A stretch of 64,000 bases of DNA from Octopus sinensis (taxonomy: Eukaryota), in the NCBI RefSeq assembly GCF_006345805.1, contig NC_043001.1, positions 45,012,001 to 45,076,000 on the forward strand, given 5' to 3'. The position numbers were made by a program, and so were the translations under genes. Positions 24,076 to 37,922 of this stretch are shown piece by piece. The stretch's first letter is position 1. The number at the start of each line of letters is the position of its first letter. Under the pieces are notes generated by a model. That model had not been told where the DNA came from. It ran no database searches and saw only the letters and a program-made list of their open reading frames with translations.

Positions 24076-26041
24076 TTTACTTAGCTTGATATGTATCACC
24101 ATCATACAAGCAATGCCATTCATTTTTAATCATAATGAAATATTACCATACTTGGAAACAAGTGAGGGTTGGTGACAGGAAGGGCATCTGACTATAGAAA
24201 ATCTTCCTCAATAAATTCCATTTAACCCATGCAAGCATGAAAAAATAATCAACATCAAAATGAAAAAAAAAAATCTCAGTATGAACAGTTGAGTGGTTTC
24301 TGCTATGGCCTCTGTAACTTTGAGTTGCAATTTTTATTCAAGTAAGTCTTAAGAGACATTTGTTTCCAAAACAATGCCATTTTGTCAATGTTCAGTTATT
24401 TTTTCCATTTGAGCAGGATATCTGGTACTCTAACACTTTCCTCTATAGGATTACAAATCATTTTGTCAAAAGTCATTCAGGGAATATTCCATTTAGTTTC
24501 ATTTGCTTCTTTACGTGTGTGTGTGTGTGTGTGTGTGCGTGCGCACACACACACACACTCACTCTCATTCAATTCTAATGTAGATACTTGAAGGCAGTGC
24601 CCAGCATGACTGCAGTTCAATGATTCAAACTAGTAAAAATATAAAAGAATATATATATATTATATATATATATGTGTGTGTGTGTGTACGCACACACACA
24701 CAAACAGTCTAAATATATTTATAATTTTGAAAGTTCAGGCACAGCTGTATGTCTTTTTCATATCAGAAGAAGAAATTTTGAAAAAAAATACTACTAACAA
24801 ACATATGTTAGAAACTGTATTGTATGACACATTTTGGATCAGAGTTCTGATGTTTTTTTAATCCACTTCAGCACGTTTTGTATTTCATTTATATTTTGGA
24901 GAAATAGTATTAATGGTTATATTTATAGGTTTGTGATGGACCAATAATCAGATGGTAAGATGATTCACCAGTCTCACCATTCAAAGGGCACCAGTTTTCA
25001 CTTTTTATTTCCTTCACTGATATATATATGTGTGTGTGTGTGTGTACACATATGAAACAGCTGTATCCCAAAATCACACACACACACTATACGACCATAT
25101 CCCACCAAATAGTCATCTTTGAAAGCAATGACTGGTTTTGGGGATAAAAAAAAATATATGTATATATATATATATATATAATGTGAGGTCATCAGGAAAG
25201 ATCATTATAGATTGTGAGACCTAGCATTTGTAAGGATTTCAAATTGCTTAATGTCAAAGATTGTAGAGGATGAAATGTACAATGGTAACTACAGTTAAAT
25301 GATGGTCTGGGGACATATTCAGTGTGTACTTTTTTTTTATAAAGACAGTTGAGAGTAATATGAAGCAAATTTGTTTTTTCTAGTAGGTTGCCTGACTACA
25401 TGGAAGGCTCCTTGCATTTAGTGTGCAATGCTGGATCTTAGTGAGATGAAATCTAGTAAGAGGGATGGATACATTCAGAGCAGCTTGCTAGTTTAGAAGA
25501 GCAGAAGCCATAGTAGTAGTTGTAGAAGATACAGAAACAAGAATCTATGTCTGTGTCAGATCATATTAATGAAAAGTTTTTTTTTAGATAAACCAACTAA
25601 TTCAATCATTTCCAAGGCACCACAAGTGGGTTTGGTTTCAGACTCACTGCCTGGCACCTTGAGCAGGTGTTTTCGATTATACCCGCTGGCTGACTAAAAC
25701 CTTGTGGTTGGATTTGGTAGGCAGAAGCTGAAAGAGAACAGTCTCGTATACTTATGTATATATGTGTGTGTGCATATTTGTTTACATTTGTGATTGCTTG
25801 TATGAAAGTTGTGATACCACCAGTGTTTGTTGTTGTTGATACTCCTGTCTACAAATCGTCTGTTCACTGTACCTTTGAAGCCAATGGAATAGGAGATCCT
25901 TTACTTGAAAAACATGCAGGGATAGTGACAGGAAGGATATCCAACTGTAAAACAATGTGTCAGTAACATATTTGTGTAAGCCATGCTAGCACAGAAAATT
26001 GTGCTTAAAATGAATGAACAGTGTATGTGTGTATATGTCAG

Positions 26042-26081
<40 letters not shown>

Positions 26082-26082
26082 T

Positions 26083-26747
26083 GTACCAAATTGAGGGAGT
26101 GGAACAGATAAAATGTAAGCTACGTGTGTTTCTTAATTAGCTGTAATGAACTACAGCTAACTCACTCAATTTGGAACTTTATTTGCATTTTTGGCAGCAT
26201 TAGTTGCTAACAGTGATCTGTATACAAACTATCAGCTTATCGAATTTCTTTGCACCTTCAATATGGGAAAAATTGTGCAACTCTCAATGTCAATAAATTG
26301 TTATTGTATCTTATCATATACTGTCCACTTTTTTGTTCTCTATACTAGTTGCCTACTGCTTGAAGCTTACAAACTTCCCACACTTGGGTCCCTGGATTGT
26401 ATTTATATCATTGTCATCCATGCATACAGGCTTGACCTTTACAGGTGCTGGTGCCACATAAAATGCACTCATGCTGGTGCTGCATAAGCACCCTGTTGCT
26501 GGTGATGCATAAAAGACACCCACCACATTCTGTAAAGTGGTTGGTGTTAGGAAGGGCATCCAACTGTAGAAAGCATGCCAAAAGACAATTGGAGTCAGGA
26601 CAGCTCCCCAGCTGGTCAGCTCAAACCATCCAACCTATGCTAGCATGGAAATCGGACACAAAATAATGATGATATATGTTACATGTTTCTTAATTAGCTG
26701 TAATGTAACTTACATTTTACCTGTTCCACCCCCTCAATTGGGACATA
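26083..26747. mobile_element. Tc1-like non-autonomous element (inverted termini) with an RTE 3' fragment nested at ~26440-26672
   Basis: caaattgagggagtggaacagataaaatgtaag vs cttacattttacctgttccaccccctcaattg. Confidence 0.55.
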
Positions 26748-26773
26748 TATATTTATATATATATATTATATAC

Positions 26774-26969
26774 GACAATTATTTGGTAGCCATGATAAAA
26801 CTCAGAGTTTCAGATGTCGGGGTGGAAATCCATGCCGCCATCTCTTCAGTTGTCCAGCCATCGGAAAAAGAGATTTTTTCTGATGGCCGACAACTGAAGA
26901 GATGGCGGCATGAATTTCCACCCCGACATCCAAAACTTGGAGTTTTATCATGGGTACCAAATAATTGTC
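26774..26969. mobile_element. ~196-bp near-perfect palindromic MITE; half copy at ~42803-42897
   Basis: gacaattatttggtagccatgataaaactc...ccatcggaaaaa-gaga-ttttttctgatgg...gagttttatcatgggtaccaaataattgtc. Confidence 0.85.
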
Positions 26970-27053
26970 ACATATTACATTTACAGATAAATTCCTCTAT
27001 TTACATAATATCAAGGTCTTTTTCTTTCTTTTGTTGTCTTACCATTTCTATCA

Positions 27054-27108
<55 letters not shown>

Positions 27109-27110
27109 GT

Positions 27111-27485
27111 GCAGGTGTGGCTGTGTGGTAAGAAGCTTGTTTCCCAGCCACATGGTTCTAGATTCAGTCCCACTGCATGGCACCTTAGGCAGGTGTCTTC
27201 TACTATAGCCTCAGGCTGACCAAAGCCTTGTGAGTGGATTTGGTAAACAGAAACTGAAAGAAGCCTGTCATATGTATATATCTGTATGTCTGTTTGTCCC
27301 CCCACCACCACTTGATAACCGGTGTTTGTGTGTTTATATCCCCATAACTTAGCAGTTCAGTACAAGGGACTGATAGAATAACTACCAGACTTTGAAAAAT
27401 ATATACTAGGGTCAATACATTTGACTAAAACTTCTTGAAGGCAGTGCCCCAGCATGGCCACAGACAAATAGCTAAAATAAAAGAT
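27111..27485 (+). mobile_element. tRNA-derived SINE, family B
   Basis: gcaggtgtggctgtgtggtaagaagcttg...gaaactgaaagaagcc...cagtgccccagcatggccaca. Confidence 0.85.
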
Positions 27486-28382
27486 AACCAAAAAATGATA
27501 TATATATATATATATATAAACAAACACACATATGAGAAAGAGAGAGAGATGTAGCCGTTATATGTGGTATAGACGGGATTTCAACCAGAGGTGGTGGATC
27601 CATTAGGATCCACCACCTTTAGATCAAAATTGCAAACAATGCAAAAGTAAGTTAAATATTTAATAATGATTATATTTGTATAGAACTGTTGATAGATTAG
27701 TCTAAATCTGTGAACATTCCCATCACCTGGCTACAAGGTGATGTATATGCAAATATACATACACATGTGTATACTTCACATTACTTTTATATATTTTCTT
27801 TTGTTTTATTTGACAATTCATTTCAACTTGCTAACCTATTTCTTTATGTATTTTGACATCACTTATACAGCTGATAAACACATCTTATCTCAGTAGTTAT
27901 CATTGCTAGAGATGATTAAGAATAAATATGAGAAACTTTATATGAGAGACAAGTGAACTTTGTCTTACTTAAATTCAAATTCTCTTGATTAATTATACAT
28001 TGTAAAGGTCATGCATAGTTCATGAAGAACAATTTCAATATGAAAATTGCTAATAGTCAATGCAAGAAAGCTACCATCTGGTCTTTGATGGACACTAATT
28101 GGTGTGTGGTGTCCATTTCCAAACATGTGCATGGTTGCTTGCCAGCACTTTCTTGAACTGTTTGGAAGGAGCAGAGAACTGTGGAGTGGGGGACTTTAGA
28201 GTTCACTTATATATAAGCTGTATATAGTTTTCCACAGCTCTTCAGAGAAGAGATAGTGTAAAAGTCTAATTACATCTAAAATATGAGCAATATTGGGAAG
28301 ATATTTATGGAATAAATTTTTGGAAATGAATGGGCTGTTCTCTGAACTGGTATGGCTATGATGTAGCATTTACACCAGGACA

Positions 28383-28700
28383 CATCATCATCATCGTTTA
28401 ACATCCGTTTTCCATGCTAGTATGGGTTGGATGGTTTGACTGGGGTCTTGGAAGCCAGGAGGCTGCACCAGGCTCCAATCTACAGCTTGATGCCCTTCCC
28501 AACGCCAACCACTCCGTGAGTGTAGTGGGTGCTTTTTACATGCCACCGGCACAGGTGCCAGGCGAGGCTGGCAATGGCCATGATCAGTTGGTGCTTTTTA
28601 CGTGCCACTGGCATGGAAGCCAGTCAAGGCAGCGCTGGCATCGGTCACGTTCGGATGGTGCTTTTTACGTGCCACCGGCACAGGTATCATAACTACAATT
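28383..28700 (-). mobile_element. RTE LINE 3'-UTR fragment with internal tandem units
   Basis: catcatcatcatcgtttaacatccgttttccatgctag...gatgcccttcccaacgccaaccactcc...gtgccaccggcacagg. Confidence 0.8.
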
Positions 28701-29374
28701 TCCATTTGATTTTTTGGCCTCTCCGAAAGAGAGAGGGGACACATATCTAGCAGAAATACGTGTCGGATTGGAATTTAATAAAAATAATTCTGTAATAAAT
28801 ATATTCTGAAGGTCTATAATTCTCCATTCTTCTTTATGATGTCTTGATTATATGTATATTTGTGTTGACATTGTGTGATTGTTGTAAGCAAATGTCACTA
28901 TCATACAAGCTGTGTTTGTCATATCCAGCCTTCCAAGGAAGCATGTCTGGCCATGGGAAAATATCTTGGAAACAAGTGAAAGTTGGCAACAAAAAGGACA
29001 TTTGGTCATAGAAAGTCTACTTCAACAGATTCCATCTGACCCATGCAAGTATAGGAAAGTGAACTTTAAAGTGATGATGATGTTAATTTTGTATAGTAAT
29101 CAATGTTCAGACAATAGTAAACATAGTAATTGCGTATGCTTGGGACTGTCTGTGTTGTCGTTGTCATCATTTTACATCCCTTTTTCCATGCTAGCATGAG
29201 TTGAACAGTTGAACATGAACCAATGAGCCAGAGGGTTATGTCAGTCTCGATTGTCTGCTTTGGCATGGTTTCTACAGCTGGGTTCCCTTCCTAATGGCAA
29301 TCACTTTACGGAGTGTACTAGATGATTTTTTCATGGCATCAGCATTGATGAGATCCCCAAGTACTGACAAGACT

Positions 29375-29560
29375 CTTCAACCGAGTGAGATATAGTATCA
29401 AATGATATGAAAGTATGATGGATGGACAGGAGCCAGTACATGGCTTCCCCTTCTGGATTAGAGTTAGTAGTAAACAATAAAGCAAAGAGGTCAGCTTTTT
29501 CTGTGGAAGATCTAGAACCTCTGTCACCATCAAAAAGTGAGGACATAACAGACTTACCAG
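29375..29560 (-). mobile_element. CR1/L2-like LINE ORF2 fragment
   Basis: SSLFDGDRGSRSSTEKADLFALLFTTNS resembles the pre-RT S..EKA.LFA..F..NS segment. Confidence 0.5.
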
Positions 29561-29589
29561 GATTGATAACACTACTGTAGATGTATACA

Positions 29590-29920
29590 TCTTTTACTTG
29601 TTTCAGTCATTATACTGTGGCCATTCTAGGGCACCACCTTGAAGGTTTAATAAGATATATTGACCCCAGTAATTGTTTTTTAAGTCTGGTACTTATTTTA
29701 TCAGTCTCTCTTGCCCAACTGCTGCATTATGGAGACGTAAACAAACCAACTCCAATTATCAAGTGATGGTCAAACACACATGATGTTCTTTCAGTTTCTG
29801 TCTGCCATATCAACTCACAGGCTTTGATCAGTCCAAGGCTTTAGTAGAAGATACTTGTCCCAGGTGCTATGCAATCAGATTGAACGCAGAACCACGTTGG
29901 AAAGCAAACTTCTTAGCACA
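29590..29920 (-). mobile_element. SINE family B, diverged
   Basis: cttttacttgtttcagtcatt...ggagacgtaaacaaaccaa...ttctttcagtttctgtc...ggaaagcaaacttctta. Confidence 0.7.
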
Positions 29921-31503
29921 CACATACACACATATATATATATACACATCATCATCATTCAACGTCCATGATCCATGCTGTCATGAGTTGGATGTATGTA
30001 TGTATGTATATATATATAAATATATACAAGATTTAAGGAATGGAGTTGGGGCTATATATGTTTCATAGCGAGTGAAATCTCTGAAGTGGTAAATATCCAA
30101 ATGATGTGTATACTGTAGACTACTCTTTAGGTCATTGGTATCTTGATTAAATGAAGTGTACATTGTCGTAAGGAGGTACATGTTAACACACGAAAGATTC
30201 AATCAGAATGCGTAGAGAGCATGGTCTGGGTGGAGAATATAATTGTAAGGAAAAGTTAGAATATAAGAAAGAAAATAGAAAAGAATAAAAAAAAGTCCCA
30301 AACAAAATCCAACAGCGTTTGTCTCAGTTTATCCATAAACTCAAGAATGAATCAATTTCTTACATTCTAGTCATTCATGCCAAAATATAATTAGTGTGAT
30401 CATTCTATAGCTGAAGTCTTATCTATTATGCAATCCACTGATTGTCTTAATGAATGCAACAGCATAATTTTTACATGCAGGCATAGATTATGCAACCTAT
30501 TCTCAAAATACAAATACCACCCCACCCTGCATCATTCCCTAGCTTCTCCTCTGCTATCATAGACATTCCATCTTATTTACCTTCACAACCATTAAATATA
30601 AAAATACCAATATATTCTCTATAATTCCTTATTTCTTGCTTATATCTGTCTTTCTTTATCTTTCCTTAACATTACCCTAAAATTTCTCTTATTTCACCTA
30701 TTTCCACACCTATCCCTACTCCCTTTGTAAACTTACAAGTACTTACACCTACATACTCTTCTGTTTCATACAGTACAGGCATGTGCTCAACAATATACAT
30801 TCTTTAATTCTTAGATTCTAGTATACAATTCTTCCTCATTCCTTCTAGACTTTCAGTTTTATTACTTTACCATCACTTCATCCCTCTTAACCACAAATAC
30901 CACCACTTTTCCTTCAATATTCTCCTATTCAAATACGAATCCCCTTTCATATCTCTACAACTCTATCCAAAATAGCCCTATTGAAAACCACCTGTGAAAT
31001 GACCTTGCTTTACTTGTAACTCTCCTATTCCTTTATATTTTGTTTTCTTTATTCTTTTCTATTTTCTCTCTTTTCTTTACACTTATATTCTCCACCCAAA
31101 CCATGCTCTCTACACATTCTGATTGAATCTTTTGTGTGTTAATATGTACCTCCTTACGACAATTTAAACTTCATTTAACCAAGATACCCTTGACCTAAAG
31201 AGTAGCCTGTAGTATACACCTTGTTTGGATATCTTACCACTTCCAAGGTTCCACTCACTATGAAACATATATAGCCCAGATCTTATGTACTCCATTCCTT
31301 AACTCTTGTATTTTTTATTCACATACCTTACAACCCTAGCTGCCTACTGTGACATATAAAATTTTTTCAGCTTATTATACTCAGATACAAAAAGATCCAC
31401 AACTTTCTGCCCCAATAAACCACTATTGTTGCTGAAAGTTGTTTTTTATATTTTCTACAGATTGCTTGAAGCTCACCTTGTTCCTACACCATAATCCATC
31501 CAT

Positions 31504-31544
<41 letters not shown>

Positions 31545-31770
31545 CACATATATATACATACATATATATATGTATGTATGTACATAGACATATTTATACA
31601 TATACATATAACTATATATATTGTTTCACTGCACGCGGTCTCCAGAAACTACCTACAATACAACAGTCTGTATTTGATAGCTCAGAAGGCCGCATAGGTG
31701 AGCCCAGCAAACCAACTTGCTTAGAGCAGAAGAAGCAGTAGTCAAAGAAGTCAGAAGAGTTGGAAATAAC

Positions 31771-32327
31771 AAATATAAAAAACTGTAGTTGTGTGAGTGT
31801 CTGTCTCCTACGATTTAGATTCCTAACTACTCCTACATTTTGCGGTGCAGTTTAACCAAATTCGGGTATCTTATAGTCGTGATTCATATCGAGCCCATCT
31901 GGGTATTAGCGCGCGTCTACGATGAGTCTACGATTTAAAAAATAATTTAACATCATTTTTTTCCATTTTAACGCATATTTTTCGTGTGTCGATGGCGGCG
32001 GAGTTGGCGTCCATGGTCACATCTGCACCTGTGTTGCTTCTCCCCCTTCTTCCCTCCCTCGTGAAGCTGTGGGAAGGGAGTGTAAGGAAATCAATGTCGT
32101 AATGCATTGTCAAGGAGACCAGCGTTCTTTTAGAACACGACTTCATGTCTTGAAGACACCAAAACAGAAATGGCTAAGAAAGCGTCTACGATGAGTCTAC
32201 GATTTAAAAAAAAATTTACCATCATTTTTTATTCCATTTCTAATGCATTTTTTTGCTATAACTCTCTAAAAATGCTTATATAGTTATTTCCCTTACAAAC
32301 CCGAGCAACTCCGGGCGATACTGCTAG
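31771..32327 (+). mobile_element. Non-autonomous Helitron with an internal ~60-bp duplication
   Basis: 3' hairpin cccgagcaactccggg followed by CTAG|T at 32324-32328; same 3' end as 50032-50413; gcgtctacgatgagtctacgatttaaaaa occurs twice. Confidence 0.8.
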
Positions 32328-33099
32328 TAACAAATAAAACCGCTGAATATAACCTAATTACAAGAACTTTAATTAAGAAGCCAATAACATTTATGGAATA
32401 AATAAATAGTTCTTTAGAGAGTTCTTTCATTTACCTCTGAAATGTGAAGACCTTTTGGTGAACTCTTCTTTTATTCACCAATCTAATGATTTATAGTCTA
32501 TCTTTTTTATTACTTTTTTTTTTTTTGCAACTGGACTCTTGTTACTTCTGAATACACGGTACTATTCTACCTTCTTTACGTTGCCTAGTTCACTATTTTC
32601 ACAGCCAGTTCAAAACCTTTCAGCTTTCACATTAACTGCCGAAACCAACTTCACACTTGACACCAGATACTGTGTCAACTGTTCCCCATGAATTTTGCCC
32701 GGCACCATCTCACACATGGCACCAGCTACTACATAAAAAAACTACTCATGTCAACTTTCATCACGTTGCCCATTGCTCATCATCTTCCAGCACTAACTAA
32801 CTTGCTATGTGAGCAATGATAGTCTTTATACTTCACCCACACTGTAACAGTGTGCCAGAATCATACCACCTATGTTTTAAACAGTCATGTGACTACAAAT
32901 AATTTGTTTTTGTCTTCGCTTGCAAAACCAGAGAGTGGTGTTCTAATTTACATTATACGAATGAGAAATTATCTCAATATAATTTTTTCATTCGTAACAA
33001 TATGTTTATAAATATGTGTGTGTGCAAGAAGACCCATCCTTCACAGGAGAAGTGTTAGGACCACTTCCCCTGGTGAAGAGGACTGTTCTGTAGAGTCTT

Positions 33100-33345
33100 G
33101 TCCCAATGCTATGCAAAATGCACTTGTGCCGATGTCACATAAAAAGCATTTGTGCCAATGCCATGTTAGAGTGTTCATGCAGTGCCACATAAAAAGCACC
33201 CAGCACACACTATAAAGTGGTTAATGCTAGGAAGGGCATCCAGCTGTAGGAACCAAGCCAAATTGGACTGGAACCTTCTGCAGCTTGCCAGCTCTGGCCA
33301 AACAGTCCAACCCATTGTAGCATGAAAATCAGATGTTAAAGGGTG
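33100..33345 (+). mobile_element. RTE LINE 3'-UTR fragment
   Basis: gtgccacataaaaagcacccagc...ggaagggcatccagctgtag...gtccaaccc. Confidence 0.65.
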
Positions 33346-33427
33346 ATAATTATGTATGTATGTTTATATATATATATATATATATATGAGAGTATTGTAG
33401 TTTGCTTAAAGCATTGTGTATTGTTTG

Positions 33428-33711
33428 TAAAGAATAAAAAGTTTAGAATGGTACAACACTGCACTATAATACAAACAATGGGCTATATACCTGTTGTAAT
33501 TTAGTCATCCATAGTCTGATAATATTTCTCTTCAGATATTCTTAGATGGAGTCGTTGCTATAATTGGTTATATAGCAACTCCATCTAAGAATATTTGAAG
33601 AAGGAATTTTATTCCGAAATATTATCAGACAATGGATGACTAAATTACAACAGGTATATAGCCCATTGTTTGTATTATAGTGCATTGTTGTACCATTCAA
33701 AACTTTTTATT

Positions 33712-33716
<5 letters not shown>
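33428..33716. mobile_element. ~290-bp foldback with degenerate hammerhead-like cores (pLTR-like)
   Basis: taaagaataaaaagttt...aactttttattcttta arms; right arm tTGAAGA-a-ggaa-tttta-ttcc-GAAA; left arm (minus) CTGAAGA-GAAA with stem II deleted. Confidence 0.75.
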
Positions 33717-33746
<30 letters not shown>

Positions 33747-34257
33747 GCATATTCATCATCGTTGTTTTAATGTCCATTTTTCCATGTTTCCATGAGTGAA
33801 ATAGAATTTATTAAGGCTTTCTGTTTCAAACCTTCATCTGTTTCTAAGTAAGGTAATATTTCTTAAGGCCTGACATGTTCTTATGGAAAACTGGAAACAG
33901 AATGGTGGCACTTTTTTCATAATTATTGCATAATGCTAAGACAAGAGGACACAAGCACAAATATGACACACACAAAATACACATACGTGCACATGCACAC
34001 ACAGATATGATTGGCTTCTTTTTATTTCCATCTGCCAAATCCACTTACATGACTTTGGCTGGCCCAGGGCTGTAGTAGAAAACATTTGCTCAAGGTGCCA
34101 TGCAATAAGACTGAATCTGAAGCCACATAGTTTGGAAGTAAATTTTTTAACCACTCAACCATGCTTGTGTCTATACACAGAGAGTGAAAGAAAGAAAGAT
34201 ATGTATCATCATGATACATATTGCTGCAACTAGAGGAACCCCTCTCTTGAGCCTACG

Positions 34258-34867
34258 CAGCACTGTTTATTCTTGGCCACCTGGCTCCAGTTTGGCCCTA
34301 TAACCTGGTTATTCCACCACCTTCATGCTGGATGGTTTATTAGATGCTTATAATCTCACTGGCACTGTCCTGACACTGGTTTAATTGTCATTTGTTACAC
34401 ATATCATTTTGTTTTATAATCATCATCATCATTGTTTAACATCCGCTTTCCATGCTAGCATGGGTTGGATGATTTGACTGAGGGCTGGTGAACCAGATGG
34501 CTGCACCAGGCTCCAATCTTGATCTAGCAGAGTTTCTGCAGCTGGATGCCCTTCCTAATGGTTGGCATTAGGAAGGGCATCCAGCTGCAGAAACTCTGCC
34601 AGATCAAGATTGGAGCCTGGTGCAGCCATCTGGTTCACCAGCCCTCAGTCAAATCATCCAACCCATGCTAGCATGGAAGCGGATGTTAAACAATGATGAT
34701 GATGATTATAAAACAAAATGATATGTGTAACAAATGACAATTAAACCGGTGTCAGGACAGTGCCAGTGAGATTATAAGCATCTAATAAACCATCCAGCAT
34801 GAAGGTGGTGGAATAACCAGGTTATAGGGCCAAACTGGAGCCAGGTGGCCAAGAATAAACAGTGCTG
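34258..34867. repeat. 610-bp near-perfect inverted duplication
   Basis: Arms of ~303 bp separated by gttgg; about three differences seen by eye. Confidence 0.95.
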
Positions 34868-36979
34868 GGTATAGTGGGTGCTTTTACGTACCACCGGCAC
34901 GGGGACCAGTCAGGCAGTATACTGGCAACGACCTCGCTTGAATGTTTTTACACGTGCCAGTAAGGCGACGCTGGTAACGATCACACTTGAATGGTGCCTT
35001 TTACGTGCCAGTTAGCCGCTCTGGTAACGATGCTAGCATGGGGCACAAGTGCCAGTAAGGCGATAATATTTTTAATTTAAGAGTTTAAGTTCACATCATC
35101 TAGTTGCAATGTATTCTTCAGATTCTGACAATAAATAAATGAAAATAAAAAAGTAGACTACAAAACTCCACAGTCTAAAGTCTTGAACAGAATAGACGTC
35201 ATTTTTAAGATTTTGTTGATGATTATGATAATGATGAACGTGCAAATGATCACACGAAGAGTCAGACAGAGAAATGTATGTATTAGTTGTTTGAACTTGT
35301 TGATCATTCTTAATTTCACTATCTGCTTTTTACATTTAACTTTTATTTAATTAAAGCATGAGTACTTTTAGTGCAAGTACTTGTTAACTATGGTGTGTGT
35401 GTTGAGAATGACTATGTCATATAAGTGTGTGGTATGTATATATAGCACGTGTGTGGTATGTATATAGTATGCATGTATGATATGTGTAGTGTGCATGTGA
35501 TATGTGTAACATGTGTATGAAGAAACACAAAATTCTGACAAAACATGAACATCTGTCTGATTTTTTTGTCATGATTTTAACAAGTCATGTTTATAGCTTT
35601 ACTACAAAAGTCACGTTTATAGCTTTTCACTGTGTTCAGGTATTGAGACTGAACATACATAAAACCTGTTTCAAAATAACACTACCCACTAATGTGATGA
35701 TTTTATATATACTTCAGCCATGTAACCACACATGTGCAGTTACTGATATTTTTCCTTCTCTGGACATTTCCACTTCCCTTTTTGATGAAGAGCTGTATTC
35801 AAAATGTCAAAAATCCTCTCTTTTTTCTACTTTTACCGAATGTCAAACTAATACATTCCATGTGCATGTACCCTTGTTGTTTTGTTTTTATTATTTTTGA
35901 TGTTCTATTATTCAATTTGTGTGTGTATACACGCATACATATGAAAGAGAGGGAGAGATTAAGAGGAAATTAACACAAAATACTGTCATAAGCTTAGGCA
36001 CAGAACTTCTGAATAGGTATTGTGAGTACAATGGGTAGCTGGGCTGACTTACTTAAACAAAGATTTTGAGGAGAAATACTAATCATGACTGCAGAAAGTT
36101 ATGCATGGGCATAAGACTGGGAATACTAACATGATTGACAAGAATTGTAGCTTCTATTTGATTTATGACAGCTACATCACACCTCACCTAAAAAGTTATG
36201 CCTTACTAACAGGTGATAGCTACTAAATATCTGATCAATAAGAGAGATGAAGATGTCTCTAAACCCCCAGTATCTGTCTAAATATGTCTGCAAGATACTA
36301 CCTGAGACATGATATCACTAAAACCATCTACATTACTATTCGTAAGAAAGATTGCCCTGCTAGTCATACCAAATGCACAACAGAATCAGAATGCATCCAC
36401 ACCTTTGAAAAGAAAGAACACTAGTGAAACATTTCAATAAAAATAGCAACTTGGTGTAAACACATTAGGCCAGGTAATGTTTTGTTATAGATATCAGCTG
36501 TCTGGTAGATATGAGTCAAAAATTGGGAAAAAGGAAAACACCTATGGAGAACTACGAACTAACGAGAAACTTACAACTCTTACATCAGGCTACAGGTTTT
36601 CATTTGTACCTATTATAGATGCACTGAGCTATGTAACAAGTGATTTATGTGATAGTTTAGAAATGCTGGATTTCTCTAAGAACAAAGTAAACTGGTTTGC
36701 TTTCTCCAAATACAATTGATTAGCAATGCTGGGAAAATTCATTAAACAATCCAGCCTATCCTTTTTTTATTTCAGACATAATATATATATTTCTAAATTG
36801 TTCAATGTGTCTCACCATTTTAAAATTTACTGATTTTTCATTTTAACAGCTTGGCCATAATTGAGACTTTCCACATGTACAGTATACATAAATCTTTACT
36901 AACATGTGCATATACACATATTTTCAAATACAATAGATATTTAAATAAAATATACATTGGGAGTGCAGATAAGACACAA

Positions 36980-37171
36980 GGGCAGCAAGCTGGCAGAATC
37001 ATTAGCATGCCAGGCAAAATGCTTAGCGGCATTTCATCTGTCTTTACATTCTGAGTTCGAATTCTGCTGAGGTTGACTTTGCCTTCCATCCTTTCAGGGA
37101 TGTATTGAGGTTGATCAAATCAACTTAACCCATCGCCCGAAATTACGACTCATGTGCCAAAATTTGAAACC
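36980..37171 (+). mobile_element. SINE family A
   Basis: ggcagcaagctggcagaatcattagc...gagttcgaattctgctgaggttgactttgcc...gtgccaaaatttgaaac. Confidence 0.8.
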
Positions 37172-37299
37172 CATATTAGATAAGGCACTGATGATGATGA
37201 TGATGATGATGATAACTCTCCAAGCGAACCATGGAAAGGACAAATTATAAAGAAAATTGGGATCTTTTCTATTCTGAAGCCAGTTTTTTCAAATTTTTC

Positions 37300-37863
37300 C
37301 TACTGAACCAAACAATTTGAAACTTCGTATACTGGTAGAATGTGTCAAAAGTAAACTTAATTGTAAACCAGAATGAAAACGGAATTGTAACTTCTAAGTT
37401 TAACGTTGTTTAATAATTAGAATTTTAACCAATGATATTCCGTCATTCGGCTTTATTTTATTTACTCCGTCTCGACCACCAATTTCGTGACGTATTAAAC
37501 ATCTTAAATGTAAACAAGCTATAGTCAGCCACCTTCTAATAACAAAAGTTTGTCTTTGGAGTTACCGTCTAGGGGAAGCATTGATGTACATGTGTGTGTG
37601 TGCGTGTTTGATGGGGTGTGGGAGACAGTATGTTGTGTAAGTGAAGTGCTTCTGTTAGTGTGTGTGAAGAGACAGAGAGAGTAATGTGTGAAAGAGAGAG
37701 ATAACTGAAATTTTTTACTCGGTGTATGTGTATATGCCTGAATGTATGTATGTATGTATGTATGGCCGATTCAATGTAATTTTTTACACATACTTACACA
37801 CACACACACACACACATACATACACACACACATGCAGACATACATATACACATACACCGAGTA

Positions 37864-37922
<59 letters not shown>

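Noticed and set aside
27589-27618. 13-bp perfect hairpin aggtggtggatcc-atta-ggatccaccacct
   Set aside because: Too short to interpret; probably an internal remnant of a small DNA transposon.
30200-31150. Strand-skewed C/T-rich tract (similar tract at ~1700-2430)
   Set aside because: Probably an ancient antisense LINE, but no convincing motif could be recovered.
36491-36595. Possible 105-bp plus-strand exon (ISCLVDMSQKLGKRKTPMENYELTRNLQLLHQAT)
   Set aside because: Acceptor is plausible and the frame open, but the donor (CAG|gttttc) is weak and I recognise no homology.
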